Below, in pieces: positions 40,030 through 51,399 of a stretch of 64,000 bases of DNA (position 1 is its first letter; each line of letters starts with the position of its first letter). Under the pieces are notes generated by a model, which searched no databases, was not told the origin of the DNA, and was given only the letters and a program-made list of their open reading frames with translations. The stretch comes from Dimorphilus gyrociliatus (lineage: Eukaryota > Animalia > Annelida). The DNA lies in the NCBI GenBank assembly GCA_904063045.1, contig CAJFCJ010000009.1, forward strand, positions 1,175,842-1,239,841. Reading direction: 5' to 3'. The position numbers and the translations under genes are program-made.

Positions 40030-40935
40030 ATGCTGGCAACAATTTCGCGACTAACTTTAAATGAAAGGTAAGAACAAATAAGATAATATTTGAGCTCAAA
40101 TTCAACTATGCTTTAATTTCGTAGTAGAACGTGGTTACCCGCTGTTCAATGCATTTCCAAATATATTCATACCACGGATATCAATTTACAAGAGTATCAC
40201 AAGATACGAGACACAAAGGTTTGGAATCGAATGAATGAAATTGTATACCCTCCTCAAAGAAATGATGAAAAACGTCGCCCGGCAGTAAGTGATTGTTTAA
40301 TAAAGTGATATGTCAAAGTTATGATTTTCTTCCAATAGGAAATATGGCATAGTCGAGAAAATATTAAATATAGTTATAAGAAGTTATGGTATATTGCTGC
40401 AATGGTGTGTGTGTTTAAGTAATTTATTTTAAACTAATCAAAGTGAATTATCATAGATTCGAGGTATGTCAATTGATGAAGCTCTAAAGCAATTATCTTT
40501 TTATCCAAGAAAGGGAGCTATCCCTGTGAGAGAGGTTAGCTTCTTTTTTGTAAATGTTCTATGGAATAACCAAATTGTTTTAGGTGCTATTAGAGGCTCA
40601 AGAGAAAGCGGTTTTAGAGAATAATGTCGAATTTAAATCCAACTTATGGATTGGTAGGAGATTATTTCTTTAAGCTTAATTAAGTTTGTAAATTATATAT
40701 GACATGTCTTTCAGCTGAATCAAAAGTTGAAAGAGGTTTGATTGTTAAGGGTATTCGAAAGCATGCTCGAATGAGATTCGGAACAATTCACTACCGTTAT
40801 ACGAACTACTTTGTTAAGCTCCAAGAAGGAAATCCTCCAAAAGACTATTATACACCAGTTGATCCATCAGGTAAAGAAAAATACGAGGAGAAAATGAAAA
40901 ATTTACGAAAAAGGACAATAATATTTGGTTTATAG
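40030..40935 (+). CDS. MRPL22: Mitochondrial ribosomal protein uL22m
   Basis: NEIVYPPQRNDEKRRPA, NIKYSYKKLWYIAAM|IRGMSIDEALKQLSFY, RFGTIHYRYTNYFVKLQEGNPP. Confidence 0.93.
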
Positions 40936-41267
40936 ACAATATAACATTTGTACTTTGTACATATAAGAAACAAAATAAAATATTATATGCTGTGTATCTG
41001 ATAATTTATTACTCAATATCATTTAAATTAAGTCTTTTAGGAATTATGTATTCAATATATTACAAACTCGTTTCAACAACAAGCCAGTAAACAACAACGA
41101 ACCATAAGGAAGAAACGAGAAAGGCGTCCAATTTTTACGCATGCACAAACAAATGTGAATTCGTCCGTGACGTCCTTCCGAATAACAGTTTATACTCTTT
41201 TCACGATCGAGTAGTCCACTGCCGTTGCTGCTGTCCTGCAAACAAGGCAGTGTACACAAGTTGAAAA

Positions 41268-43096
41268 CTACGGGCGACTGTACGGATGGTACGTAGGCCT
41301 ATTGCCACTGCCGCCATTTTTGGTCGGAGCTGTTGGGGCTGCTTGGTAATGATCTGCTTCTCCTGCAACGATAACATCTCTTCGTGACCAAAAAGGCGGA
41401 CAGACGGCGGCTAAATATCAAAAACATAACTTACCACCATTGTAATTAGCTGCTGAAGTACCGCCTCCAGACTGGTCGTAACCCGTTGCACTACCTCCAC
41501 CTCCACCACCTCCTGCATAATTACCACCGTAACCACCTCCCCAGCCCTGATTTCCATATCCGTATGAAGAATAGTCGTTTGCATATCCCCCAGTACTGCC
41601 ACTATAGCCACCTTGGCTATAGTCGTACCAACCGTATCCGGTTTGACTATAATCGTAGGGATAGCTGCCTCCCTGATTCCATTCGTTCCAATTATTCATA
41701 CCGTAACCCCTACCTCGACCCATACCCCTCCCTCTGGTTGACCCTCTAGCCCTAAAGGCTGCCTGTTGGTGGTGAGGTGTGGCTTTCTTAACATCAACCT
41801 ATAAATAAGTAAATATATATTGTAATTGTTTCCAATAAAATCCAAATATCAGTTACACAATTTACACAATTTACACAATTTACATAGCGAGTTTACACAT
41901 TAAACTTAAAAATACTATACAACATTGGCTCGCTCTTTTTTCTTTAAATACGCCAATGTTATTGGAGAAAAAACTGATCCCTGAACCTGTTTCGAATCGT
42001 CTTGTTTCACCAAGTCACATTGACAAACAACAACTGCTACTCAGGTTGCTGTACATCTGCTGTAAAGTTAAAAACAAAAATTAATAAGCTGGTCAACGCC
42101 TAGTACCCGCGTTATGATTTTTTATCGAACCAAGAGCCCTTCCTTTTAATTACACAACGTTTTTAAAATCTGTAAAAGTTAACTAGATCTTTATAAACAT
42201 AGAAGTTAATTACTAGGAGCGTTTTATACACTTAATTTGCAAAACGCCGAGTTAGGAAATTATTCTCACCTCCTTGCCATGGATGTTAATTTTTGGCGTA
42301 GCAGTTACCGATTCTACAGCATCTTCTGATTCAAATGAAACGAAGGCGAATGCTCTCCTTTTATTTGTCGTTTTATCATGTGGCAAATCTATTTGTTCTA
42401 CCTAATATAGAATAATTTGATTAGTATAGATCACTTTTTCTTCTAACTTCTCTTACTTTTCCATATTTTTCGAAAAATTCCTTGATTTGATCTTGAGTTA
42501 ATTCAGGGTCCAGACCTCCTACAAATATCTTTGTTATGGGATCTTTCTTATCCTTCGATTTGGCAGGTTTCGGATCGATGTGTTTGCCTAATAATGTATG
42601 CTTACTGTTCGGATCCTGAAAAAAATAGACATATTAAATCAAAATTAAACAAATTATATCACTCAGAATACGTACAGTAGCTGGTTTGATAGCATGTTCG
42701 TTTTCGAAAAGAACAAATCCGAACCCCCTGGATCGGCCCGTAACCGGATCCTGTTTGATCAATGCTTCTTCTACTTTGCCAAATTGACCAAAGTAATCTT
42801 TTAATTCCTCTGGAAACAGAAACAGATGCAACATGGTACATTTTTTACGTATTTAGCGACTTACTCGTTGTAGTATCCCAACTTAAACCACCAACAAATA
42901 TTTTGCGTCCATCATCCTCCGGGCGTGCCATACTGATTATGCTTTGAGCCGTTTGATTTTGACCATCACCGCCAGCCTGTTGTTCGATCGGTTGTTGTAG
43001 TGGTTGTTGCTCCATTTGGGCGGTATCTTGAATGAAACCGGACGAGAAATCTTCTGTGCCGGTAGCGCATTGATCCGCGAAATTTTCTTCAGCCAT
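41268..43096 (-). CDS. HNRNPAB: hnRNP A/B-D family (squid-like) two-RRM protein with Gly/Tyr-rich tail
   Basis: RKIFVGGLSWDTT, DPVTGRSRGFGFVLF, HIDPKPA, TKIFVGGLDPE, RRAFAFVSF, RGG and YGG-rich tail, terminal RPTYHPYSRP* (PY-NLS-like). Confidence 0.8.
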
Positions 43097-43131
43097 CTTG
43101 ATTTCTTCAAATATGGCCGCCAGCCTATTCT

Positions 43132-43160
43132 GTCACGTGATCAGAAATTCTCTGACGTCA
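43132..43160. promoter_or_regulatory. E-box (GTCACGTGA) and CRE (TGACGTCA) in the hnRNP/CPE bidirectional promoter
   Basis: GTCACGTGA at 43132-43140 and the perfect CRE palindrome at 43153-43160; a 5'UTR donor GTAAGT follows at about 43181. Confidence 0.5.
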
Positions 43161-43288
43161 TAGTCAAGGATCGCCATTTGGTAAGTTTCATTTTCAATTG
43201 GTTTATTTTAATATATTCTGACTATCAATCGAATTAGAAAGTGATATTAACGAAAATAACACCTGTCATTTGTTTCCGTCTAGGCGAA

Positions 43289-44753
43289 ATGATTCCCTTA
43301 CGATCCATTCTAACGGTTCTGCCATTTATCGTGGCAAGCTGTTTAGCCTGGCAAGTAAGCCTAGATCATCATCACAATTATGAAGAAGTGATGAGTGTTC
43401 TGAGGAAAATTCATTTGAAATGTCCAAAGATTACCCACCAATATAACCTCACAGGAGAAACAGTTGAGGGACGAAAGCTAGGAGTACTAGTAATATCTGA
43501 TAATCCCAAAGAGCACGAGATGGAAGAGCCAGAATTTAAATATATCGGAAATATGCATGGTAATGAAGTGACTGGAAGAGAAATCCTCCTTAAATGGCTT
43601 GATGAGTTATGCGAGAGATATAACAAAGGAGATACCGAAGTTGTTCAATTAATCAATTCCACCAGAATTCATGTTATGCCCACAATGAATCCCGATGGAT
43701 GGGAAATTGCCAATAGACAAAAGGGTGTTAAATCATGGACAACTGGCAGGCAAAATGCTAATAATATCGATCTTAATAGAAACTTTCCAGATCTGGATAA
43801 GAAATATTTCAATTACCAAAAACACGGTGTAAAGTGGAATAATCACTTGCTTGAAAGAGCCGATATGATAAAGGGATTACAGCCTGAAACTAAAATGGTA
43901 ATTCAATGGATTTTAAACAATCCATTTGTTCTATCGGCAAACTTTCACAACGGTGACTTTGTTGCCAATTATCCTTTTGATGAATCTCGCTCAGGCCGTG
44001 GTCAAGGAGAATATACACCATCACCCGACGATATTCTATTCCGTGATCTTGCTTTAACTTATGCTGGGAACCACAAGGTTATGGCTAGCAAACATGAACC
44101 ATGCATGGCTGGTGATAACGATTTCTACAAAAGCGGAGGAATCACCAATGGAGCTGAATGGTACAGTTTACACGGAGGAATGCAGGATTTCAATTATTTG
44201 GCTTCTAATTGCCTTGAACTAACTCTGGAGATTGGATGCGAAAAATTCCCTCCTGCAAGCAAGCTACCTAAAGTTTGGGACGATAACAGAAAATCCATGT
44301 ATGAGTATTTGAAGAAAGTGCATTCGGGCATTAAGGGAAGAGTTTTCGATAAAGTATCGGGATTGCCCATTGAAGATGCAGCCATCAAAGTAACAGATTT
44401 GGATACTGATTACTACATTGCACATGACGTAAGTGTCGTTTTCTTGAATATAGTGTGTATACAGTGAAGTGACGTTAATACTTTATTTTAACAAACAGAT
44501 ATTAACTAACAAAGATGGTGAGTACTGGCGTCTTCTTGTCAACGGAACATATTCTGTGACGGCAGTAGCGAGAGGGTATGAATCTGAAGAAGTAACCGTT
44601 AAAATTAATAATGATGGAATATCAGCCAAGAAAGTCTATTTCAAATTACAACCAGCAGCAGAACTTGACAAAGTAGAGGAAGTTGATGAAAACAACGCAG
44701 AATTGCAAAGGCTTTTTCAACTTTTGGAAAGAGAATATCAAAATTCCTCCTAA
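43289..44753 (+). CDS. CPE: Carboxypeptidase E-like M14B metallocarboxypeptidase; exons 43289-44429, 44499-44753
   Basis: Signal peptide; zinc motif NMHGNE, DLNRNFPD, ANFHNGD, catalytic ELTLEIGCEKFP; EYTPSPDD; transthyretin-like domain; C-terminal amphipathic helix AELQRLFQLLE. Confidence 0.85.
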
Positions 44754-45145
44754 ATCAAAGAATATACCAATTTTCAATTAATATATTGATGTTGTAAGCC
44801 TCGCCTAACAATCAAATAAGAAATCAAAAATTCTAATGAGAAAATATTTGTTGTTTGCGCAATAAAAACCTGCAAAAAATTAGTAACTTTTGTTGATAAT
44901 AAAACGAGAAATACTGGTTTAGATAGAAAAAAAACCATTCGGCGACAAAGGCTAGATATAGAAATTCCTTTTTGTATAAAATACCAAATTATAAAATTTT
45001 AGGCCTAAACACATTCTCGTAACGTGTTTTGAAAAGAAATACGACACATTTCTATTTTGCAATACAAATTTTAAGTATGAATACAATAGAATAGAATAAA
45101 GATAAGAAGAAAAGAATCTGATAGAGCCATACTATACCAAAAAAG

Positions 45146-47131
45146 ATGCATGGGATTTGTGGAAACAATATATTATATTTTTGGATAATTGTTACTCTAG
45201 TGACAATTTACATTGCAGTTTAGTTTTATCAGTTATCTTTTGTAATTCTTTATCCTTTATCTGTAACTTCTCCATTTAGTATTTTATGAATAGCCTTCGT
45301 ACACTAAATAATAAAAGAAAGTTCAACGTAAATGATAGAAAAGCCTACTCTATTCGTGAATTCGTTCATATTCAATCATTTATATTAAATTATTACAAGG
45401 CTTGTAAAACTTGTGAATTGACCTTGAATTTTCAAAAAGATACTCTAAAGAACAATCTATGTCCTTGCTATCCAATTAGAAAAACTGAAAGTTAACCTCT
45501 ATTAATATTACAATTATCATTATTATTATTTACAATTTGTTTTTTTATAATTTTCAAATAGTTTTAAACCCTTATTTGGAAGTTAGAAAATCGTTGCAGC
45601 TACCAAATGAGCTAACCATCTTGACAAAGAGAGCTGAAAATGGTATTTGGATTCCTATTGATTGCATTTATCGTCAATCTACATTAGTAGTTATTCCAAT
45701 TGAATCAGATATTGATTCAAATTTACTGAACACTACCATTCAACATTTAGTAAATTTACTAATACGTCAGATGATCTCCTTTTCTATTTATATCATAAAA
45801 CAGGTTATTGAAAATTCCTAGCTAATAATTTAAAATGATTTATTAATTTCTGTACAACTTTTTTTTTAATATAGGAAACCGCAGCTGGCGTTGGTTCAGC
45901 TATTAATTCAGTTTATCATTTTATAAAGGATGTTTCCTCTCTAACTTTCGATTGTCTTATTATACATGATTATCGAATATTAGCGGCGAACGAGTGGAAT
46001 TTTTATACATGTGCAGGATTAACGGGTAAGTTTATAAAGCCGAATAAAATATATAGAATATAGAAGAATTACGATTTTAACATGTAAAATACTCTTAAGG
46101 AATTAGGAAGTTAGTAGGTAAAATAATTGGTACCAACTTCCGGTATATACTTTTAAATAATTATACTAATTGAAATCAAATATAAATTGCAATAGCAGAA
46201 ATGAAAGAATGGAGAAGTTACTTAATATATCTTCCATAGCCGTTCCATTTAAAATATTTGAAAAATTTAACGGATTTTCTAATTTAATAAATGATAATCT
46301 GGGAGCATTTCTTAATTTTTATAAAAGGTAAAAAGAAAGAGAAATTACAATTTTGTTTGTACATTTCAATTTATCTTTAGAGTTAAATTGAATGAGAAAT
46401 ATTCCAAATATCAACAATATCCATTTCCTATATCTAATTACTTCTTGATAAATGAATCATTATTAATTGATAGACCAACTTTGGGTTATGATGAGAATCT
46501 AATGTTCAAGTTGATATATTTAAATATAGTTTCTGTTTTCATAAAAATCTAACATATCTCATTTATAATAGTAATTTAAATGTAATTGAAGAAAAAGGCT
46601 TAAACGTAAAAGATGGTCTAAATACAGTAAACTATTCAATAATTCAAAAAATTGAAAAGAGATACTATACTGAAATAAATCTAAAAATAGGTATAATTAA
46701 GTTTTTATTCCAGTTTTCTCTCTCTCTCTCTCTCTTTATTAATAGTGAATATATTCTTTTCTTTCTCTATTCCTTTTCGCTTATCTAATTAATTAAGATG
46801 AAATTAAGTAACTTAAATATTGATTCTCAGATAATTACTTTGCAAAGTTTAATAAAACGAAGATGAATATCTGTTTGATGGATAATGATTTAAAGATGAA
46901 CGTATCAATTGAAGTCTGTTCTGGAATATGTTATCTAAAGAACTGTAAAGGCTTTTCCTATAATTTAATTTTGAGTGAGTGCTATCTGCATTTATGCACT
47001 CGTAATCCTAGTATGATTTTTAATTATTTACTTATATATGGGCTTTTTTCTCTATATTAATTCATTTATTTTTTATAGGAAATACAATTTCTTCTAGTAA
47101 ACATATATTGAATTACATACGGAACATTTAA
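45146..47131 (+). CDS. Divergent GT7 (beta-1,4-galactosyltransferase-like) type II membrane protein, predicted catalytically inactive. Exons 45146-45217, 45280-45490, 45562-45803, 45875-46025, 46100-46142, 46196-46327, 46381-46509, 46572-46690 and a tentative 47079-47131
   Basis: All junctions are GT-AG and phase-compatible. GIWIPIDC..TLVVIP..LIRQMISFSIYIIKQ..FDCLIIHD..NFYTC..FNGFSN..KDGLNTVNYSII..YYTEINLKI follows the B4GALT fold pattern. The last exon is uncertain. Confidence 0.72.
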
Positions 47132-47715
47132 AGGTTTGATAAAAAGTAACTTTTAGTTGAAATGTGTAAAAATATCGTCTGTTTCTATTTTATTATTTTT
47201 AAGTATAACTATAGTTAAAAAGTCTATATTTATTTTTGGACTATTAGCAGCTAAGTCAATTGAGTATTAAAGCTTATATTCCCATAGGTACCTCATTACC
47301 TTGCCACTGTTTGAACTAATGAGCTTTTGTATTTACGCTAAATAAAAGCTTGAAATTTCTTTATTTTTAAAACTACTTGATGGGCAGCAAGCTGTAGTAT
47401 AACTCTAACATTTGATCTTGTATGTACAGTTTTACTTTATTGTGTTTTATAGTTTAATATACTTGTGTGGATTTTTTTTGCGTTAATTTTAAATTTTATA
47501 TGAGTCTATTCAGCAGTTTTTGTCAGTTTTCTGTCTAAAAGATATAAATTTGAATGATAAATTCGTTTCAATTTGCACCGGCTTTCTTAAACCGTTTAAT
47601 TTTTTCGCATACGGGGAAACTGGTAGAAGTCCGCCATTGTTTTCATCTCCCTGTGAATTTTCCTTTACAGCTTTTTTTAAATATATTGATGAATCAGTTT
47701 TTTGCTATTTAATAA

Positions 47716-48050
47716 ATGAACGACAAAGTAATCGTTAAAATTGATAAAAAGGTAACACATTTTTTAAGTTAAATTATTTTCAGAATCTTTCCGATTTTTG
47801 TGTGTATTTTTTAAATCGTATCAGTAGGCTCGACTGAAATGCTTGTGAATATTATGTTCCTTATGTTTAATAGTGGTACGATCTGACAAGTTACCTCGAC
47901 CAGCATCCTGGAGGTGTTGAAGCGCTAAAGAAATATTCGAGAAAGGACGCTACAGAATATTTCAAGGCAGTTCCATCTCACAAATTCGTGCGAAGTTTTA
48001 TCGATAGCATTTTAAAAGAACACGAAAGCGATGAGCCACAACTCAAATAA
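47716..48050 (+). CDS. Small soluble cytochrome b5-like heme-binding protein (70 aa); exons 47716-47751, 47874-48050
   Basis: VIVKIDKK|WYDLTSYLDQHPGGVEALKKYSRKDATEYFKAVPSH has the HPGG motif and a second His ligand; no membrane anchor. Too short per exon for the ORF track. Confidence 0.8.
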
Positions 48051-48066
48051 CATTGAACTTCCTAAA

Positions 48067-49901
48067 ATGTCAATTGAACGCTTGGAAAAGGAATTTGAAG
48101 ATGCAATATCGGTTTGTGGATAAGATTATAGTTTATTAATGTCTAGAAATAATATTTTAGACTAATTTCCTTAAAATTATAGGACTTATAAATGTAATTT
48201 ATTGGTTTTATTTAATTCAATAATGATAATATAACTATATTAAGACTTTATTATACAAAAAAAGAATTAACATCTCTAAAGATATCTAGATTTTAACTAA
48301 TAAATTTACGGATTTCTTTATAAAAAAAAGTTTTACTTCGTCGTTAAAGAATGTAGGATTACTATTGCTAATTTTTATTATTTCCATTAAAACTGGCACT
48401 TAGCTTTACATTTCTTTTCCTCTTTATTAATAGTTTGTTACAGATACGAATGATTGTTAATAAATATATACTATAGTTAGAATTCTTAAAAGTTTCCATC
48501 ATTTAAAACTATAGTTACTAATGATCCAACAATATTTCTAGTATATTTTTTTTACAATTAATTAATATTCAAAGTATATTATGTTATTGTAAATAGAATT
48601 ACAAAAATAAACTTCTAAACTTTCATTCAGTTAAGAAATTAACATAAAAAGGGAAAATTAATTAACATATTTCATTTTTTATTTTTAGACTCGCGATCTG
48701 GAGCGAATAAGCCAATTATCCGCCTCGTATGATATAAACAAATTTGGAAGTTTTGGAAAAACTAGCTTGGTTATTGCTATTGAACAACCTAAAGATGATG
48801 TTGAATTGATACAACATATGATTGAATGCGGAGCAGGTTTGTATAATATTTCTAAAAATTTATTTCTGATTTTATAGAATAGAAAAATTTAATTTTACAG
48901 ATCCCACGATACGAGTTCCAGCAGGGCCATATAAGGGAAATAATGCTCTTATGGTTGCTTTAGAGCGTTGTAAACTTCAAACTTGTCTACATCTTTTGGA
49001 TAATAAGAAATTCGATCCGAATGATTGCGATCTCCGAGGTAAAACCACTCTTTCAAAAGCAATGAAGTCTAATAGAATGCTACCCGTTATGCGAAAGTTA
49101 ATTAATAGAGGTGCCTATGTTACAAAAGATATTCTTTTGAATGCTCTAAAATCTGGAAATGATGACGAAGTGATATTATTATGTTTACATAGTATCGACC
49201 CTTGCTTGATAGTGGATCAAGATGATATTATTAATTGTATGATAGCAAAATGTAGATCTTTAAAGGCTTTCGATTTCTGTTATTCAATTCGTCTATCGCA
49301 CAAGAAGAATCAAAATGTTTTTGATTTAATATCATCGTCAATATGCATGGAAAATGAAGTTAGTTTACGTAGTCTTATCAATTTAAAAGTTGACTTAGAA
49401 AGTGAATCGAAACACGAAGGTTGCTGTACTGCTATAACATTTTATCAAAGTGTTCTTAACGAACGTCAAATTAGGATAATTAAGTTATTAATTTGCAATG
49501 GGGTAAACGTCGATGTAAGAGGATTAATGGAAGGTGTTTTGAAAAAATTCTGTCAGTGCTGGACCGTTAAATTTCTTCTCATGGCCGACGCTTGGATATA
49601 TAAACTGAATTTTGATCGAATCCTTATAGAAAACTGCAATCGTCGGTTCTTTAAAAAATTTGAAGATTATCTTCACGACATTCGCAATTATCCTATGTCC
49701 TTGAAACGTCAATGCCGAAGAAAAATACGTAAATTGTGCCGGTACGGTAGACGTTATCAGGCAAAAATTAACTCTCTACCATTACCTAGCTTGATAAAAG
49801 ATTTTCTCAAATTCTCGGAGGTTCTAGCGATCAGCGAGGAAAGAGTCATGGACGATAATTATAAAGATAGGGATATAATCTTTAACGGATTTCCATTATA
49901 A
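48067..49901 (+). CDS. Ankyrin repeat and SOCS box protein (ASB-like); exons 48067-48111, 48689-48836, 48901-49901
   Basis: Ankyrin repeats (GKTSLVIAI, GNNALMVAL, GKTTLSKAM) and a C-terminal SOCS box PMSLKRQCRRKIR..INSLPLPSLIKDFL. The first exon is inferred from an in-phase GT donor. Confidence 0.75.
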
Positions 49902-50631
49902 AGTGTATTATTTCGATATAAAAAAAAAACAAAACAAAAGAACAAAAAAAGGAAGCAATATACTTTGTTTTGGTTTCTTTATGCAGAGACAAAGAGAAAA
50001 AGATTTATCCTCTCTTAAAAACTAAAGGAAATGATAAAAATAAGTTATTCTCTAGCGATAATTTAAAAGAGAAAGTGCTGGGAATCGAAATGCAATCTAA
50101 AACTACGACCCTATTCCTTTAGATTTTTTCCTTTGACTGTCAGTGCAGAAAAACACTTTTGCAATTATAATGATTATTAAAAGGTTATATATATTTATAT
50201 AACTAATACTAAATGTATTACTCTTTTTTCTTTTTCCTGTAGCGTTCGAAAATGTCAGAGAATTTTCACTTAAAAAAAAATAATTTTACTTCAAACTGTT
50301 AAAATGTTATACTTATGTATCTCTACATTCTGTTTATTTCTTTCTCTTTTGTTTTATAGTTTATCCTTTTATACTTGAGAGTTTTTTGTTAGAAAAAAAA
50401 AGAAAAGAAAAACTTAGTCCTTCCCCCCCCCCTCCGTTTTACAAAATCATTATAGGTGCAGTTATTTTTTGTGTATATTTCTGTAAAAGAAATCAACGAG
50501 TTTCACAAGTTATTTACGAGTTTATGGGGTGAAATTCTTCAAATATTGCAATCTTTTTGATTTACTTACTTTAAAGAGGCAAATCATGTCTCGTAATGTT
50601 TATTTGGCTAAAAGTTGATTTCCTCTCTCCG

Positions 50632-50636
<5 letters not shown>

Positions 50637-50672
<36 letters not shown>
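50637..50672. repeat. (CT)18 / GAGA microsatellite upstream of the adaptor-like gene
   Basis: Uninterrupted CT run directly visible; a shorter (CT)n lies near 46717-46736. Confidence 0.9.
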
Positions 50673-50676
<4 letters not shown>

Positions 50677-51399
50677 CGCTCACTCAACATTAATCCTTCT
50701 TAACTCTTTTCATTTTGTAAAGTTATTAGAAGACCCGAAAACTGAAAATTTATGTTTGTACAATTCTTTTGTTTATCCTTTTTTTTAAAAGAATTACTAG
50801 ACTATGAGCAAGTGCTGATTTTTTTTTTTGCATCTATGTAAATATGATTAGTATTGAAGATTCTGAAATATTGTATACATATTATATATACATGTATATA
50901 TATATATACTGTATATACATTGTATATATGTTTATGTATATAGTCTTTTTTGTGTTAAAGATCTAACAACATCTTTCAAAACTTTTAAATATCATGGCAT
51001 AGTTGCATTTTTTTTCATCCTAGTATTTTGAATAGATAAGGAAAATTGATATTGGCTTAGTTTTTAATTATATATTTAGATAGATAAAAATGTTAAATAG
51101 GATCAACAAATAAAAACCAATTGTTTGTCTTGGTTTACCATTAAGTTTTCCTGTATAGTTTGTCATATATAATATGTATATAGATATATATACTGTATAT
51201 ATATTGTAAATACTGTATATATTTTAAATATTTTTAAACTATACGTAGTAATATTCATCTTTTAAAATATAATTTCTATTATTTCTCAGTTATTGAATAA
51301 ACAAGAAAGTTTTATATCATATTTTTAAAAAAAATGGATTAGGATTATCCTTTTTAGACAAATATGGCTATTATTTAAATAATTTGATATGACTTTGAT

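Noticed and set aside
41044-41259. 71-aa GTG-initiated ORF downstream of the hnRNP stop
   Set aside because: It lies in the 3'UTR/alternative last exon region; the splice-compatible frame is a different one.
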